A program made the position numbers and the translations under genes. The notes below the pieces were generated by a model that was not told where the DNA came from, ran no database searches, and saw only the letters and a list, made by a program, of their open reading frames with translations. From contig CAWEKR010000011.1 of NCBI GenBank assembly GCA_963809615.1, positions 50,951-114,950 of the forward strand: a stretch of DNA of 64,000 bases. The letters are read 5' to 3'. The stretch is from an uncultured Chloroflexia bacterium (GTDB lineage: Bacteria > Chloroflexota > Anaerolineae > Anaerolineales > UBA4823). This document shows positions 9,971-19,049 of the stretch, piece by piece. Positions within the stretch are counted from its first letter, which is position 1; each line of letters starts with the position of its first letter.

Positions 9971-10056
9971 TCTCGGGGCTAACCCCACGGGCATTATGTG
10001 TATGAGCGGCTTACAGGGTGAATCGTTCGTTATAATAAACAACAAATGAGGTTGAG

Positions 10057-10695
10057 TTGATCCGGATAACCATTATCGCGCCAGCAATTGCTGTCAGAGC
10101 AGGGCTGAGAGCACTATTAAGTGACGACCCAAGCATTAATATCGTCACTGAAGCAGCCAACCTGGTCGAGATGACCGGTACACGAACCGATGCGGATATC
10201 CTGGTATGGTCACCTGGGACTTCCCAAGACCTGGCAGTAGTGGTGGCAGAATTATCAACCCTGAAGGTCGATGGAACACTCGCGCTGCTGTTGGTTCACG
10301 ATGACCCGCAAGTATTAGAACCGATCACCCGGCTGCAGGTTCGAGCTTGGGGAATGATTGATCCAGAATCAACACAGGCTGAACTGATTGCTGCCGTCCA
10401 GGCGTTGAACGAAGGACTGAGCGTGATCAGCCCTGTGTGGATGAACCAGGTGTTTAAATATTCAGCCGGCAGTAAAAATGGAAATGCTACACTGGTTGAG
10501 CCACTCACCAGCCGGGAAATTGAGATCCTGCAGCTGTTAGCCCTGGGACTGACGAACAAACAAATCGCATCGAGACTAAAGATCAGCGCACACACGGTCA
10601 AGTTCCATGTGTCCGCAATTTTCAACAAGCTGGGGACGAATAACCGCATGGAGGCGGTTAACCTGGGATTAAAGAATGGCTTGATTGTGCTGTAA
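10057..10695 (+). CDS. LuxR/NarL-type transcriptional regulator with a degenerate receiver-like N-terminal domain
   Basis: C-terminal HTH LTSREIEILQLLALGLTNKQIASRLKISAHTVKFHVSAIFNKLG. The N-terminal domain has receiver-like length, but ITIIAPA replaces the acidic DD pair and ILVWSPG replaces the phospho-Asp strand. TTG start with GAGG upstream. Confidence 0.8.
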   Translation: MIRITIIAPAIAVRAGLRALLSDDPSINIVTEAANLVEMTGTRTDADILVWSPGTSQDLAVVVAELSTLKVDGTLALLLVHDDPQVLEPITRLQVRAWGMIDPESTQAELIAAVQALNEGLSVISPVWMNQVFKYSAGSKNGNATLVEPLTSREIEILQLLALGLTNKQIASRLKISAHTVKFHVSAIFNKLGTNNRMEAVNLGLKNGLIVL

Positions 10696-10974
10696 ACCGA
10701 GTGGTATTGGTCTATTAGTACATTGTTGACTTGAATAAAGGTGAAAAGGCAGAATCGGCTGGGTTGACCCAAAAGGGTCGCCCAGGTGCCAGAAAACTGC
10801 TTGAAAAGCCGCGTTATACCTGCCAGTCCAATGCAGGCCGGGTTGGGCGGCTAAATTCTTTTTATTACACCCATTGTAGTTCGGCGCATGATGGTGCGCG
10901 GTATCGTCACGCGGGAACGCCTCGTCACGACCGACAACCTGGCTTGGGTCATGGGCCAATGGCGAGACCAATCC

Positions 10975-11475
10975 TCAGCTCACCGCTTTCTTCACAAGCG
11001 CGCTGATCTTTGCCTCTTCGACGGCCGTCAACTCCTTCAGTGCGAAGGCTACCGGCCAAAGAGAGCCTTCATCGAGGTTCGCCGCATCGCTGAAACCTAA
11101 TGACGCGTACCTCGTTTTGAACTTCAGCGCGCTCTGGAAGTGGCAGATGACCTTGCCGTCCTTGGCATATGCGGGCATCCCGTACCAGAGTCTCGGCGTG
11201 AGGCCTGGTGCGCTGGCTTTGATGATTGCATGGAGCCGCTCGGCCATCGAGCGATCCGGTTCCGGCAGCTCGGCGATCTTCGCTAGCAGGGTGCTTTCCT
11301 CATCCGCATTGTCCGCGCTCGAGCCGCGGCGCGCGGCCGCCTTCTGCTCTTTGAGGCGCTCCTTCATTGCGGCTCGTTCCTCATCCGTGAAACCCTTGTC
11401 CGTCTTGCCGTTCGCGGTGGTGCTCTCGGCGGACGATTGTGTTGCCATCTTGGTAGTGCTCTTTTCCTGGTCCAT
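10975..11475 (-). CDS. DUF1801 (YdhG-like) domain protein
   Basis: C-terminal block [37 protein letters not shown] resembles the DUF1801 family. The start is set at MDQEKS (ATG 11475, GGAGA upstream) rather than track start 11541. The region looks GC-richer than its flanks. Confidence 0.65.
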   Translation of the reverse strand: MDQEKSTTKMATQSSAESTTANGKTDKGFTDEERAAMKERLKEQKAAARRGSSADNADEESTLLAKIAELPEPDRSMAERLHAIIKASAPGLTPRLWYGMPAYAKDGKVICHFQSALKFKTRYASLGFSDAANLDEGSLWPVAFALKELTAVEEAKISALVKKAVS

Positions 11476-11729
11476 TTGAATCTCCTTCCGTATAATTGAA
11501 TTAGTGTGCCGTAAAAACCCCAGAGAAATACCAGTATACACGTTCTAAAATTACAATAGCTTTGACAACAATTTCAAAGCACCTAACAAAACATTTATTG
11601 TACACCTATGTAATAAAGTTATTACCCCGCACACAGACTGCTTCATCCAATCTTAATAAACTTCTCGTCCAAGCAGGTGACGCCACACGCAACAAACACT
11701 GTTCGTATTCCATCGAAAAAACAAATGTC

Positions 11730-12014
11730 CATTGGGCAAATCGCAACATTTAGGCCTGCAAATTGAAGCAGGGCGCCGCTATGGATGCGGATCTCGCCAG
11801 ATTATGCATATATTGAAACCAGCACCTACGCCACTCCCTGGGTAGGTTCGAGTAAGCCCAATAATAGGTAGAGCGTAGTTGTTTTTCCTGCTCCATTGGG
11901 TCTTAGAAACCCAAAGACAATACCCGCGGGCACTGCTTAATGAATGATCGTCGACATTTTTACAGCACCAATTGTGCGAGAAAGATGTGCGGTACGAATA
12001 ACTGGTTCAGACAT
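11730..12014 (-). pseudogene. Decayed N-terminal remnant of an ABC-transporter ATP-binding protein
   Basis: Minus-strand reading from ATG 12014 gives MSEPVIRTAHLSRTIGAVKMSTIIH, then an in-frame TAA at 11937-11939. It continues [36 protein letters not shown] (Walker A) and then hits a stop. A shifted frame continues EIRIHSGALLQFAGL. The left boundary is approximate. Confidence 0.7.
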
Positions 12015-12178
12015 AGGAAGCAACTTATTTCCCCCAGCCGAATATTTTACCACTGTTGGTATCAACTATCAGTAAGTGACATTAGGAAGCGGATGGACGC
12101 CTACGTTTGTGACTGGTTCCGGCGGTATAATGCATTTGAAGCACGCAATCCTGGTTATTCAGTTACTCGCGAGGCGAA

Positions 12179-13528
12179 TTGGCAAGCATAAAAGCTTTAT
12201 CTTCGGTATGGAATAATATAAAAGAGATCGATCTAAAATCGATCCGGGATTCGGCTACTTATCCCCTCAGGATCGCGGTGGTAGGCGCGCCTGGGTCAGG
12301 GAAACACACCCTAGCGGGACAAATGCGCAGCGACCCATCCCGACCGGATGTGCACACCCAAAGCCCGCTGGCTCTGATCACCATTGAGGCAGATACACCT
12401 GCCCCTGTGGCAAACCTGATCATCGTCATGGTAGATGCAACCCGGACCGATTTCAGTGAAGAGCAATACCTGGTAAAAAAGTGGAGCGAAGCGGGGAAAA
12501 ATGTGCTGGCCTTCATCAATAAGATCGACCAGGTGGGTGGAAATCTTCCGACAGACACCAGCCCAGGATGGCTGGCGGCGCGGGTAATCTCCGCTTCAGC
12601 CTGGGACAGTGCATCTTTACAAAAGGAATTTGTCCCGGCAGTACTCGAGCTCCTGCCTCAGCTGCACATCGCACTCGGCAGGCAATTTCCACTTTTCCGG
12701 GTGACGGTTGCGAACCAGCTGATCAATGAAACCTGCTTTTCGAACGCGGCTTATTCTTTCAGCACCGGATTGGCCGAAATTGTACCTGTTTTGGACCTGC
12801 CGCTGAATTTAACCGACCTGGTTGTCTTGACCAAATCGCAAGCGTTTTTGGCATATAAATTGGGCCTGCTGGTGGGATTTTCCATCCATTGGCAAGATTA
12901 TGTGACGGAATTTGGCGGCGTGATTGGGGGCGGGTTCGTGTGGAGGCAAGCCGCACGCAGCCTGATTGGACTTGTACCCGGGTGGGGAATTATTCCCAAG
13001 GCGGCAGTAGCGTATTCGGGAACTTATGTGGTTGGTCACGCCATATTGGGCTGGTACCTGTCGGGGCGACATTTATCCGCCAAACAGATGCGGGATTTAT
13101 CCATTCAAGCATTTACCAGAGGTAAAGAATTTGCGCGTAAGCTAGGGAATAAACTTCCCAAACGTCAACTAAAAACAGGGGATAAGGAAAGCCTGCCTGC
13201 GGGACCGAGAAAGCGACGCCTGCTGCCTGAAATCATCGTAATCAAGAAGAAGGGTGGAACTCCGCAAATGGAAATCCTGGCAGAAAATTCGGACACACCG
13301 CTGTTACCTGCAGATGAAATTTCAGCGTTTTATAGTCAGCCAATCGTCGAGAAACCGGCGAGGAGACCACGCCTATTAAAGCGAAACCATACCCACAGGC
13401 ATGAGGCAGATAATTCGAATGTAATGAGCAAGGAACGAGTGTGTGCAGCCTGTGGAAGATTTTCTTCAAGCGAAGCTCGTTTCTGTCAATACTGTGGAAC
13501 TGCGTTTGAAACCGACCTAAAGGCTTAA
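12179..13528 (+). CDS. P-loop GTPase fused to a DUF697-like membrane-associated region and a C-terminal zinc ribbon
   Basis: GAPGSGKHT (G1), VMVDATR and NKID (G4). Then the hydrophobic segment GLVPGWGIIPKAAVAYSGTYVVGHAILGWY. The C-terminus has CAACGRF...CQYCG. TTG start with GAGG upstream. Confidence 0.7.
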   Translation: MASIKALSSVWNNIKEIDLKSIRDSATYPLRIAVVGAPGSGKHTLAGQMRSDPSRPDVHTQSPLALITIEADTPAPVANLIIVMVDATRTDFSEEQYLVKKWSEAGKNVLAFINKIDQVGGNLPTDTSPGWLAARVISASAWDSASLQKEFVPAVLELLPQLHIALGRQFPLFRVTVANQLINETCFSNAAYSFSTGLAEIVPVLDLPLNLTDLVVLTKSQAFLAYKLGLLVGFSIHWQDYVTEFGGVIGGGFVWRQAARSLIGLVPGWGIIPKAAVAYSGTYVVGHAILGWYLSGRHLSAKQMRDLSIQAFTRGKEFARKLGNKLPKRQLKTGDKESLPAGPRKRRLLPEIIVIKKKGGTPQMEILAENSDTPLLPADEISAFYSQPIVEKPARRPRLLKRNHTHRHEADNSNVMSKERVCAACGRFSSSEARFCQYCGTAFETDLKA

Positions 13529-13533
13529 CTGGT

Positions 13534-13562
13534 TTGACAATATCGAGAAAGTTTATTAGTAT
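13534..13562 (+). promoter_or_regulatory. Sigma70-type promoter for the FHA gene
   Basis: TTGACA (13534-13539), a 17-nt spacer, then TAGTAT (13557-13562). It lies 57 nt upstream of ATG 13619, which has an AGGAGGAG SD. Confidence 0.6.
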
Positions 13563-13618
13563 TAATTTGTTGATCAGGCAGGCACGAATGAAGGCTTGAT
13601 TGTGAGAAGGAGGAGAAT

Positions 13619-14278
13619 ATGGCAGGAGCGCAGTATCGCCTGGTGATGCGGCAGGGACCTAATCCTGGTCAGGTGTTCGAGCTGGACCGAACTGAGGTAT
13701 CCGTCGGGCGGGATATTGCCAATGATATTGTGATCAATGATGCAGAGGTCTCACGGAAACATGCCCGGCTGATCCTGGAGGGGGACCGATATAAAATCGA
13801 GGACCTCAACTCAACCAATGGTACCTACATCGATGGACAGCGGCTGATCGGCCCGCATGTACTTGCCATTGGTGAAGTTATCATGTTCGGAGATAACGTC
13901 GGGGTCGTTTTTGATGGTGAGCCAGTCGACCTGGATGCAACCGTCCCAAGTACAATCGACCTTCAAGTAACACCCGTGGCAGCCATCGCAGCCCCAGTTC
14001 AAAGCCAACCCCAAGCTGCAGCTCCACCAGCAGTAGCGGTGATAAATATCCCCACGCCACAACCAATCTCACCACAGGGTTCCCTCGAAGAAGCACCAGA
14101 GATGGATAAAAAGCCAATCAATTCGTGGCTGCTGGCAGGGTGCGGATGCTTATTGGTGATTGTGGTGCTGGTGATCGCGGTCCTGGTTTTTATTGACCAA
14201 CCATGGAACCCGGGAGGCGGTTTATATTGTGTATCCCCCTTTGATATTATATTCAAATCTTTAGGTTTCTGTCCTTAA
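13619..14278 (+). CDS. FHA-domain protein with a C-terminal transmembrane anchor
   Basis: FHA core VSVGRDIANDIVINDAEVSRKHARLILEGDRYKIEDLNSTNGTYIDGQRL. A Pro/Ala-rich linker follows, then the TM helix WLLAGCGCLLVIVVLVIAVLVF. Confidence 0.9.
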   Translation: MAGAQYRLVMRQGPNPGQVFELDRTEVSVGRDIANDIVINDAEVSRKHARLILEGDRYKIEDLNSTNGTYIDGQRLIGPHVLAIGEVIMFGDNVGVVFDGEPVDLDATVPSTIDLQVTPVAAIAAPVQSQPQAAAPPAVAVINIPTPQPISPQGSLEEAPEMDKKPINSWLLAGCGCLLVIVVLVIAVLVFIDQPWNPGGGLYCVSPFDIIFKSLGFCP

Positions 14279-14287
14279 TTATTTTCA

Positions 14288-14761
14288 ATGAGCACAAATG
14301 GCGAATTAAAACGTTCGTGGGTAGATCTGCTGGCACTGGTGCTGGCTTTTTTTGGGGCAATCGTCTCCTTCTTCGGAGCTGTGGTCACATATTTATCCCA
14401 GGCCCAGATCGCTGAGGCAACCCTCTGGCCGCTACCCGGACTGATCTTAGTTGATTGGTTGTTAATCGGATCGATCAGCTTCGTGGCGGTATTTTTCTGC
14501 CTTCGCAGGAAATCATCAGCCTGGCGTAAACTCGCCTGGTTTATGACGGGAACATTCATCCCCGTGATCATCCTGGGTGCGTTTTCGATCGGACTGCTTG
14601 TGTTAATTGCTTTCTTCTTAGTGGTAATTTCCACGTTTATTATTGCCATCCGCCAAGGATCGAAATGGCTGGAAAGCTTTGGATTTTTAATGCTTGGGTC
14701 CATTTGCAACCTAGGGGTAATTGCAGCAATCATTATTTTGAGCGAGACAGGGAATATTTAA
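14288..14761 (+). CDS. Small integral membrane protein (about 4 TM helices), function unknown
   Basis: 157-aa ORF starting 9 nt after the FHA gene stop. It has four long hydrophobic segments. I recognise no family. Confidence 0.6.
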   Translation: MSTNGELKRSWVDLLALVLAFFGAIVSFFGAVVTYLSQAQIAEATLWPLPGLILVDWLLIGSISFVAVFFCLRRKSSAWRKLAWFMTGTFIPVIILGAFSIGLLVLIAFFLVVISTFIIAIRQGSKWLESFGFLMLGSICNLGVIAAIIILSETGNI

Positions 14762-14793
14762 ACCTACGCCTGAACTCTTATTTTTGATTCCTT

Positions 14794-16530
14794 TTATGGA
14801 ATGATTGACCATTCCCCGCCCGTCCGCTGTAGATTGATGGGAATCAACCCTGGTCCAGTAGCGTCGGTAACAGATGTAGAAGCAGTATCCCCAATGAGGG
14901 AAATATTTTGCACCGCGTACCCCTGATGTTGAAGCGTATCGGAGATGGCGAGATAGTCGGCGGTTAATTGTGAAACGGAGAAGGGGTCGGCCTGACCGCG
15001 GTCAATGCCATCCAGGACTGAGTTGATTGCATCCAGGGTTTGGCTGGACGTGATGAAATCCTGCCCAATCATCTGCTGATGAGCAGTGATGAACAGCGTT
15101 TCCAGTGCCAGGTTGGTTGGGGTGTGTGGGTGGCGCAGGTAATCAGCGACGATGCTTCGCTGACGCATGGTCTTATTATCCAACAACCAGGCGGTGCGGA
15201 AGTAAGCGGAAGGGTCTAAAAGCTGCTGGTAACGTCGCATGGTATCGTAATAAGTCACGGTCAGCCGGACGTCATCCACCCAGGCTGAGGTATCCGGCTC
15301 AGCATTCAGGGCGGAAAGGAAATCCTGTTCCAGCTGGGAGAAAGTGATGGAAAAGTGGACTAGAAGGGCAGAATTAATCGAATCAGATTGCGTTTCATTA
15401 AGGCGGCTGTGAATATCGCGGTAGAAAGCTGAGAACTCCTGCCACCCGTAGGTCTTAACCATATATTCAACCAAAGAGGCACCTTCCAGATAACCAATCT
15501 CGTGCTGAGCGGTGTAAAAATCATCTGAAAGGGTTTGCAAGGGGATGTATTGGTCAAGGTAGGCGGGCAGCAAGGCAGCCGCGCGGGGCATTAGCGGTTC
15601 AAATTTATAATGACCACCGGTTAGATAGACAGCAAGGCCTTCAACAAGGATCGTCGGGCGAAAATCACCCCCGAGATGACCATCAATGGAATGCACCATT
15701 TCGTGATGAACCACCAGCTCCCATGAGTTTGAGGCATAGTTACGGTCGAGGTAGGAGACGCTGATCTCAGAGGTGGTGAACCCACCGTGCCCTAACAGGC
15801 GGGGAAGGATGGTGATGGTAATGGGTTCGGTGAAGCTTGCCCCCATCTTCTCGATGACATCCTCAGCCTGGGTATCCACCAGCGTTGACAATGAAGACAG
15901 ATCGCGTTCAGAAGCTGTGTTAGTAACATAAAAAACCGTGCAGCACTGGGTGTGGGTTTCGGCCCAATGTGCTTCTGCCTGGGCGGGTAGCATGGCAGTG
16001 GAAGGTAGAAGATTGACCTGTTCGCTCCAGGAAATTCCCTGAGGTTGGATTTCAAATGAAAGAGTATGCACCCCGGGCTGAAGGTCTTTTGTATCCCAGG
16101 CCCAAACCATTGCAGCTTCCGATCGTCCTTGAATACCCCATCCGCCGAAGGTGACAGGTGCGAGGTGTGAACCATCCGGAGGATCAACCTGCACCACCAC
16201 GCTGGAACCCTTCATATCCATCGCGGGAGGGTTGATCACTTCGAAGCTGACCTGGTCACCAACATATAGCACATCATCCGGGTGATACAAGACCGAGAAT
16301 GTTTGAGGGACCTGGGTGGGGGAGGAATTGTGTGCAGGTGTGTAAGTTGGAACCTGAGTTGAAGTGACCGAGGGCAAAATAGTGGGTGTCTGCGAGGGCT
16401 TAATGGTGGAGGTAAGCGAGGGGAAGGAAGTAATAGTCGCTGAAGGAATAGGTGGGAACAATGAGACAGGAATGCCAGCACACGAAACAGCCACGAATAG
16501 GATGAATATCATTCCCAAAAGGCGACGCAT
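14794..16530 (-). CDS. Putative exported zinc metallopeptidase (HExxH, peptidase-MA-like)
   Basis: The start is set at MRRLLGMIFILFVAVSCAG (ATG 16530), because the longer track ORF would overlap the divergent gene at 16614. A Pro/Ser/Thr linker follows. VVHHEMVHS (HExxH) is followed about 16 aa later by EGLAVY. Confidence 0.65.
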   Translation of the reverse strand: MRRLLGMIFILFVAVSCAGIPVSLFPPIPSATITSFPSLTSTIKPSQTPTILPSVTSTQVPTYTPAHNSSPTQVPQTFSVLYHPDDVLYVGDQVSFEVINPPAMDMKGSSVVVQVDPPDGSHLAPVTFGGWGIQGRSEAAMVWAWDTKDLQPGVHTLSFEIQPQGISWSEQVNLLPSTAMLPAQAEAHWAETHTQCCTVFYVTNTASERDLSSLSTLVDTQAEDVIEKMGASFTEPITITILPRLLGHGGFTTSEISVSYLDRNYASNSWELVVHHEMVHSIDGHLGGDFRPTILVEGLAVYLTGGHYKFEPLMPRAAALLPAYLDQYIPLQTLSDDFYTAQHEIGYLEGASLVEYMVKTYGWQEFSAFYRDIHSRLNETQSDSINSALLVHFSITFSQLEQDFLSALNAEPDTSAWVDDVRLTVTYYDTMRRYQQLLDPSAYFRTAWLLDNKTMRQRSIVADYLRHPHTPTNLALETLFITAHQQMIGQDFITSSQTLDAINSVLDGIDRGQADPFSVSQLTADYLAISDTLQHQGYAVQNISLIGDTASTSVTDATGPGLIPINLQRTGGEWSIIP

Positions 16531-16613
16531 GGATGTATTATAAAATACATAGGGGTGGTAGAATAAATCCAATTCAATGAGAGATTTCACATTTAAAATC
16601 TGAGGAGGTTCGT

Positions 16614-17684
16614 ATGTCACCGATGTTCGTTCCCGGTCCGGTAGATGTATCACCGGATGTGCTGCAACAACAGACGAGGGCAATGATCCCGCACCGCAGT
16701 AAAGATTTCGAGACGATTTTTCGGCGTTCAGCGGAAAAATTATGCCAGTTCTTTTTTACCCAATACCGCATTTTCATCATGACCAATTCGGGCAGTGGGG
16801 CGCAAGAATCTGCCGTGCGCAACCTGGCTAAAGAGCGGGTACTAAACTGCGTCAACGGGTCTTTTGCAAAACGCTGGTACGATGTGGCGATTGCCAATGG
16901 CAAGCTAGCTGACAAGGTAGAGGTTCCCATGGGGCAGGCGATCCTACCAGAAATGGTCGAAGAAGCTCTCAAGAAGCAGAAATACGAGCTGATCACCCTG
17001 GTGCATAATGAGACTTCCACGGGAGTTCAAAACCCGGTGAAGGAAATTGCTGAGGTGGTGCACCGGGTGAGCCCGGACACATTAATAGCGGTGGATGCTG
17101 TCTCTTCCTTGGGCGGAGTGAAGATCGAAATGGATGCATGGGGATTGGATGTGCTGTTCACTTCGTCACAAAAATGCCTGGCACTGCCGCCGGGGATTGC
17201 ATTAATTGGGGTGAATGACCGGGCGATGGCACGGGCAGCCGAGGTACCGTACCGTGGGTGGTATTTTGATTACCTGCTGTTAGAAAAACACCGGGTGAAA
17301 GATTCCACACCCATGACCCCGGCGATGTCGTTGATCTATGCGCTGGATTACCAGATTGACCGCATGCTGGCAGAGGGGATCGAGAACCGGTTCGCACGTC
17401 ACAGTGCGATGGCAAAGTACTCGCAGGACTGGGCAACCAAAAAAGGCTGGCCACTATTCGCTCCCGAGGGATACCGGTCTCAGACCATCACTGTGGTGGT
17501 CAATCCGCCCACCTTCGACTGTGGCGAGTTCAACAAGTTTGTTGGACCGCGCAACCTCAGATTGGCAAATGGGTATGGGGATTTGAAGGGCAAGACATTC
17601 CGCATCGCACACATGGCAGAGATCCAAATGAATGATCTGGAGAACCTGCTGTGCGGTATCGATGAATTTATGCAGGGCAGATAA
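16614..17684 (+). CDS. Class V pyridoxal-phosphate aminotransferase (serine-glyoxylate / alanine-glyoxylate type)
   Basis: The N-terminus FVPGPVDVSPDVL and the FTSSQKCLALPPG segment (PLP-Lys context) are typical of AGXT-like class V enzymes. Strong GAGGAGG SD. Confidence 0.85.
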   Translation: MSPMFVPGPVDVSPDVLQQQTRAMIPHRSKDFETIFRRSAEKLCQFFFTQYRIFIMTNSGSGAQESAVRNLAKERVLNCVNGSFAKRWYDVAIANGKLADKVEVPMGQAILPEMVEEALKKQKYELITLVHNETSTGVQNPVKEIAEVVHRVSPDTLIAVDAVSSLGGVKIEMDAWGLDVLFTSSQKCLALPPGIALIGVNDRAMARAAEVPYRGWYFDYLLLEKHRVKDSTPMTPAMSLIYALDYQIDRMLAEGIENRFARHSAMAKYSQDWATKKGWPLFAPEGYRSQTITVVVNPPTFDCGEFNKFVGPRNLRLANGYGDLKGKTFRIAHMAEIQMNDLENLLCGIDEFMQGR

Positions 17685-17699
17685 TACAAGCACACATCC

Positions 17700-17728
17700 C
17701 AGAGACGTCCCCGCGTGGGACGTCTCTG
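17700..17728 (+). terminator. Strong stem-loop after the aminotransferase gene
   Basis: CAGAGACGTCCC-CGCGT-GGGACGTCTCTG, a 12-bp perfect stem. There is no clear U-tract (tggttaacc follows), so it may be an attenuating or stabilising hairpin rather than a canonical terminator. Confidence 0.5.
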
Positions 17729-17755
17729 TGGTTAACCGAAATATCAGGGAAAATT

Positions 17756-18988
17756 ATGGCAAGCACATTTGACGTCAGGATTGACAGGCTGGTTTACGGT
17801 GGGGACGCCTTGGGAAAGCTGCCAGATGGCAGGGTGGTTTTTGTTCCCTATGCCATCCCTGGAGAGCTGGTGAGGCTGAGGCTGCTGGAGGATAAACCCC
17901 AGCGCGCAACCGCGACCCTGGTGGAGGTGTTGGAACCATCGCCCGACCGGATAACCCCAAGGTGTGTGCATTTTTCAACCTGCGGCGGCTGCCATTACCA
18001 ACAAATGAGTTATCCGGCTCAGCTCAAAGCAAAATCTGACATCGTGAGGGAGCAGCTGGAGCGGATAGGGGGCTTGCGGGGAATCGCTGATATCGAGAAC
18101 CATGCCTCACCAGAACCCTGGTACTACCGCAATACTATCCAATTCCACATCACCCCCAATGGCAAGTTGGGATTTCAAATAGGCCATACCAACCAGCCTT
18201 TTGCCATCAGTGAATGTCACCTGCCGGAGGAGGCGGTGAACAGGTTATGGCCGCAGATCGAGGTCGAGCCAATCCTCGGTCTGGAACGAGTGAGCTTGAG
18301 GATGGGAAGTGGTGAGGAGATGATGCTCATTTTGAAGAGCTCTGACCCACAAGCGATGGAGTTCAGTGTAGAGAACCTGCCGGTATCGGTTGTGCAGGTG
18401 GGTCCGTATGGGAGCATTGTATTAGCTGGCAGTGAATACGTTATGATGGAGGTGCTGGGGAGGCAGTTCAGGGTATCCGCCAGCTCATTTTTTCAAGTGA
18501 ATACGCTCCAGGCTGAAGCCGTGGTCAGGTATTTAATGGATCATCTCCTCATCAGCAGCGAGATGTCCGTTGTGGATGCTTATTGCGGGGTGGGATTGTT
18601 CAGCGCCTTCCTGGCTCCAAAAGTGAAGCGTTTGACGGGGATCGAAGTATCACCGATAGCATGCGAAGACTTCTCCGCCAACCTGGATGAATTCGAGCAG
18701 GTGGAATTATATGAAGCCCCGGTGGCAGACGTCCTGCTGAACGTCGACTTCCATGCGGATCTGATCATCATGGACCCACCAAGGGCTGGATTAGGCGCAA
18801 AAGCAGTGAAAGGGATCATTTCCCAGGGGGCAACCCACCTGGCGTACGTCTCCTGCGACCCGGCGACGCTGGCTCGAGACGGTAAGCAATTAACCGAAGG
18901 GGGATATTCACTATCAAGTATATCGGTCTTCGATATGTTTCCCCAAACCTATCACATCGAGAGCATCAGCCTGTGGGAGAAGAAGTAA
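17756..18988 (+). CDS. TRAM-domain 23S rRNA (uracil-C5)-methyltransferase, RlmD/RumA family
   Basis: N-terminal TRAM-like domain, Fe-S cysteine cluster CVHFSTCGGCHYQQ, SAM-MTase motifs VDAYCGVGLFS and IIMDPPRAG, and catalytic YVSCDP. Confidence 0.85.
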   Translation: MASTFDVRIDRLVYGGDALGKLPDGRVVFVPYAIPGELVRLRLLEDKPQRATATLVEVLEPSPDRITPRCVHFSTCGGCHYQQMSYPAQLKAKSDIVREQLERIGGLRGIADIENHASPEPWYYRNTIQFHITPNGKLGFQIGHTNQPFAISECHLPEEAVNRLWPQIEVEPILGLERVSLRMGSGEEMMLILKSSDPQAMEFSVENLPVSVVQVGPYGSIVLAGSEYVMMEVLGRQFRVSASSFFQVNTLQAEAVVRYLMDHLLISSEMSVVDAYCGVGLFSAFLAPKVKRLTGIEVSPIACEDFSANLDEFEQVELYEAPVADVLLNVDFHADLIIMDPPRAGLGAKAVKGIISQGATHLAYVSCDPATLARDGKQLTEGGYSLSSISVFDMFPQTYHIESISLWEKK

Positions 18989-18994
18989 TCGAAT

Positions 18995-19033
18995 AAAAAA
19001 AAGGGGATGGCTTATTCGAGATTAAGCCATCCC
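18995..19033 (-). terminator. Rho-independent terminator (minus strand; the hairpin also follows the plus-strand methyltransferase gene)
   Basis: GGGATGGCTTA-loop 8 nt-TAAGCCATCCC. On the minus strand it is followed by eight T (A-run 18995-19002 on the plus strand). Confidence 0.8.
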
Positions 19034-19049
19034 TTGTAAACGGTGAGGA

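Noticed and set aside
11840-11860. GGTTCGAG string resembling a tRNA T-arm
   Set aside because: No acceptor or anticodon stems can be folded around it. It is the reverse complement of the LLGLLEP codons of the ABC pseudogene. I found no tRNA anywhere in the window.
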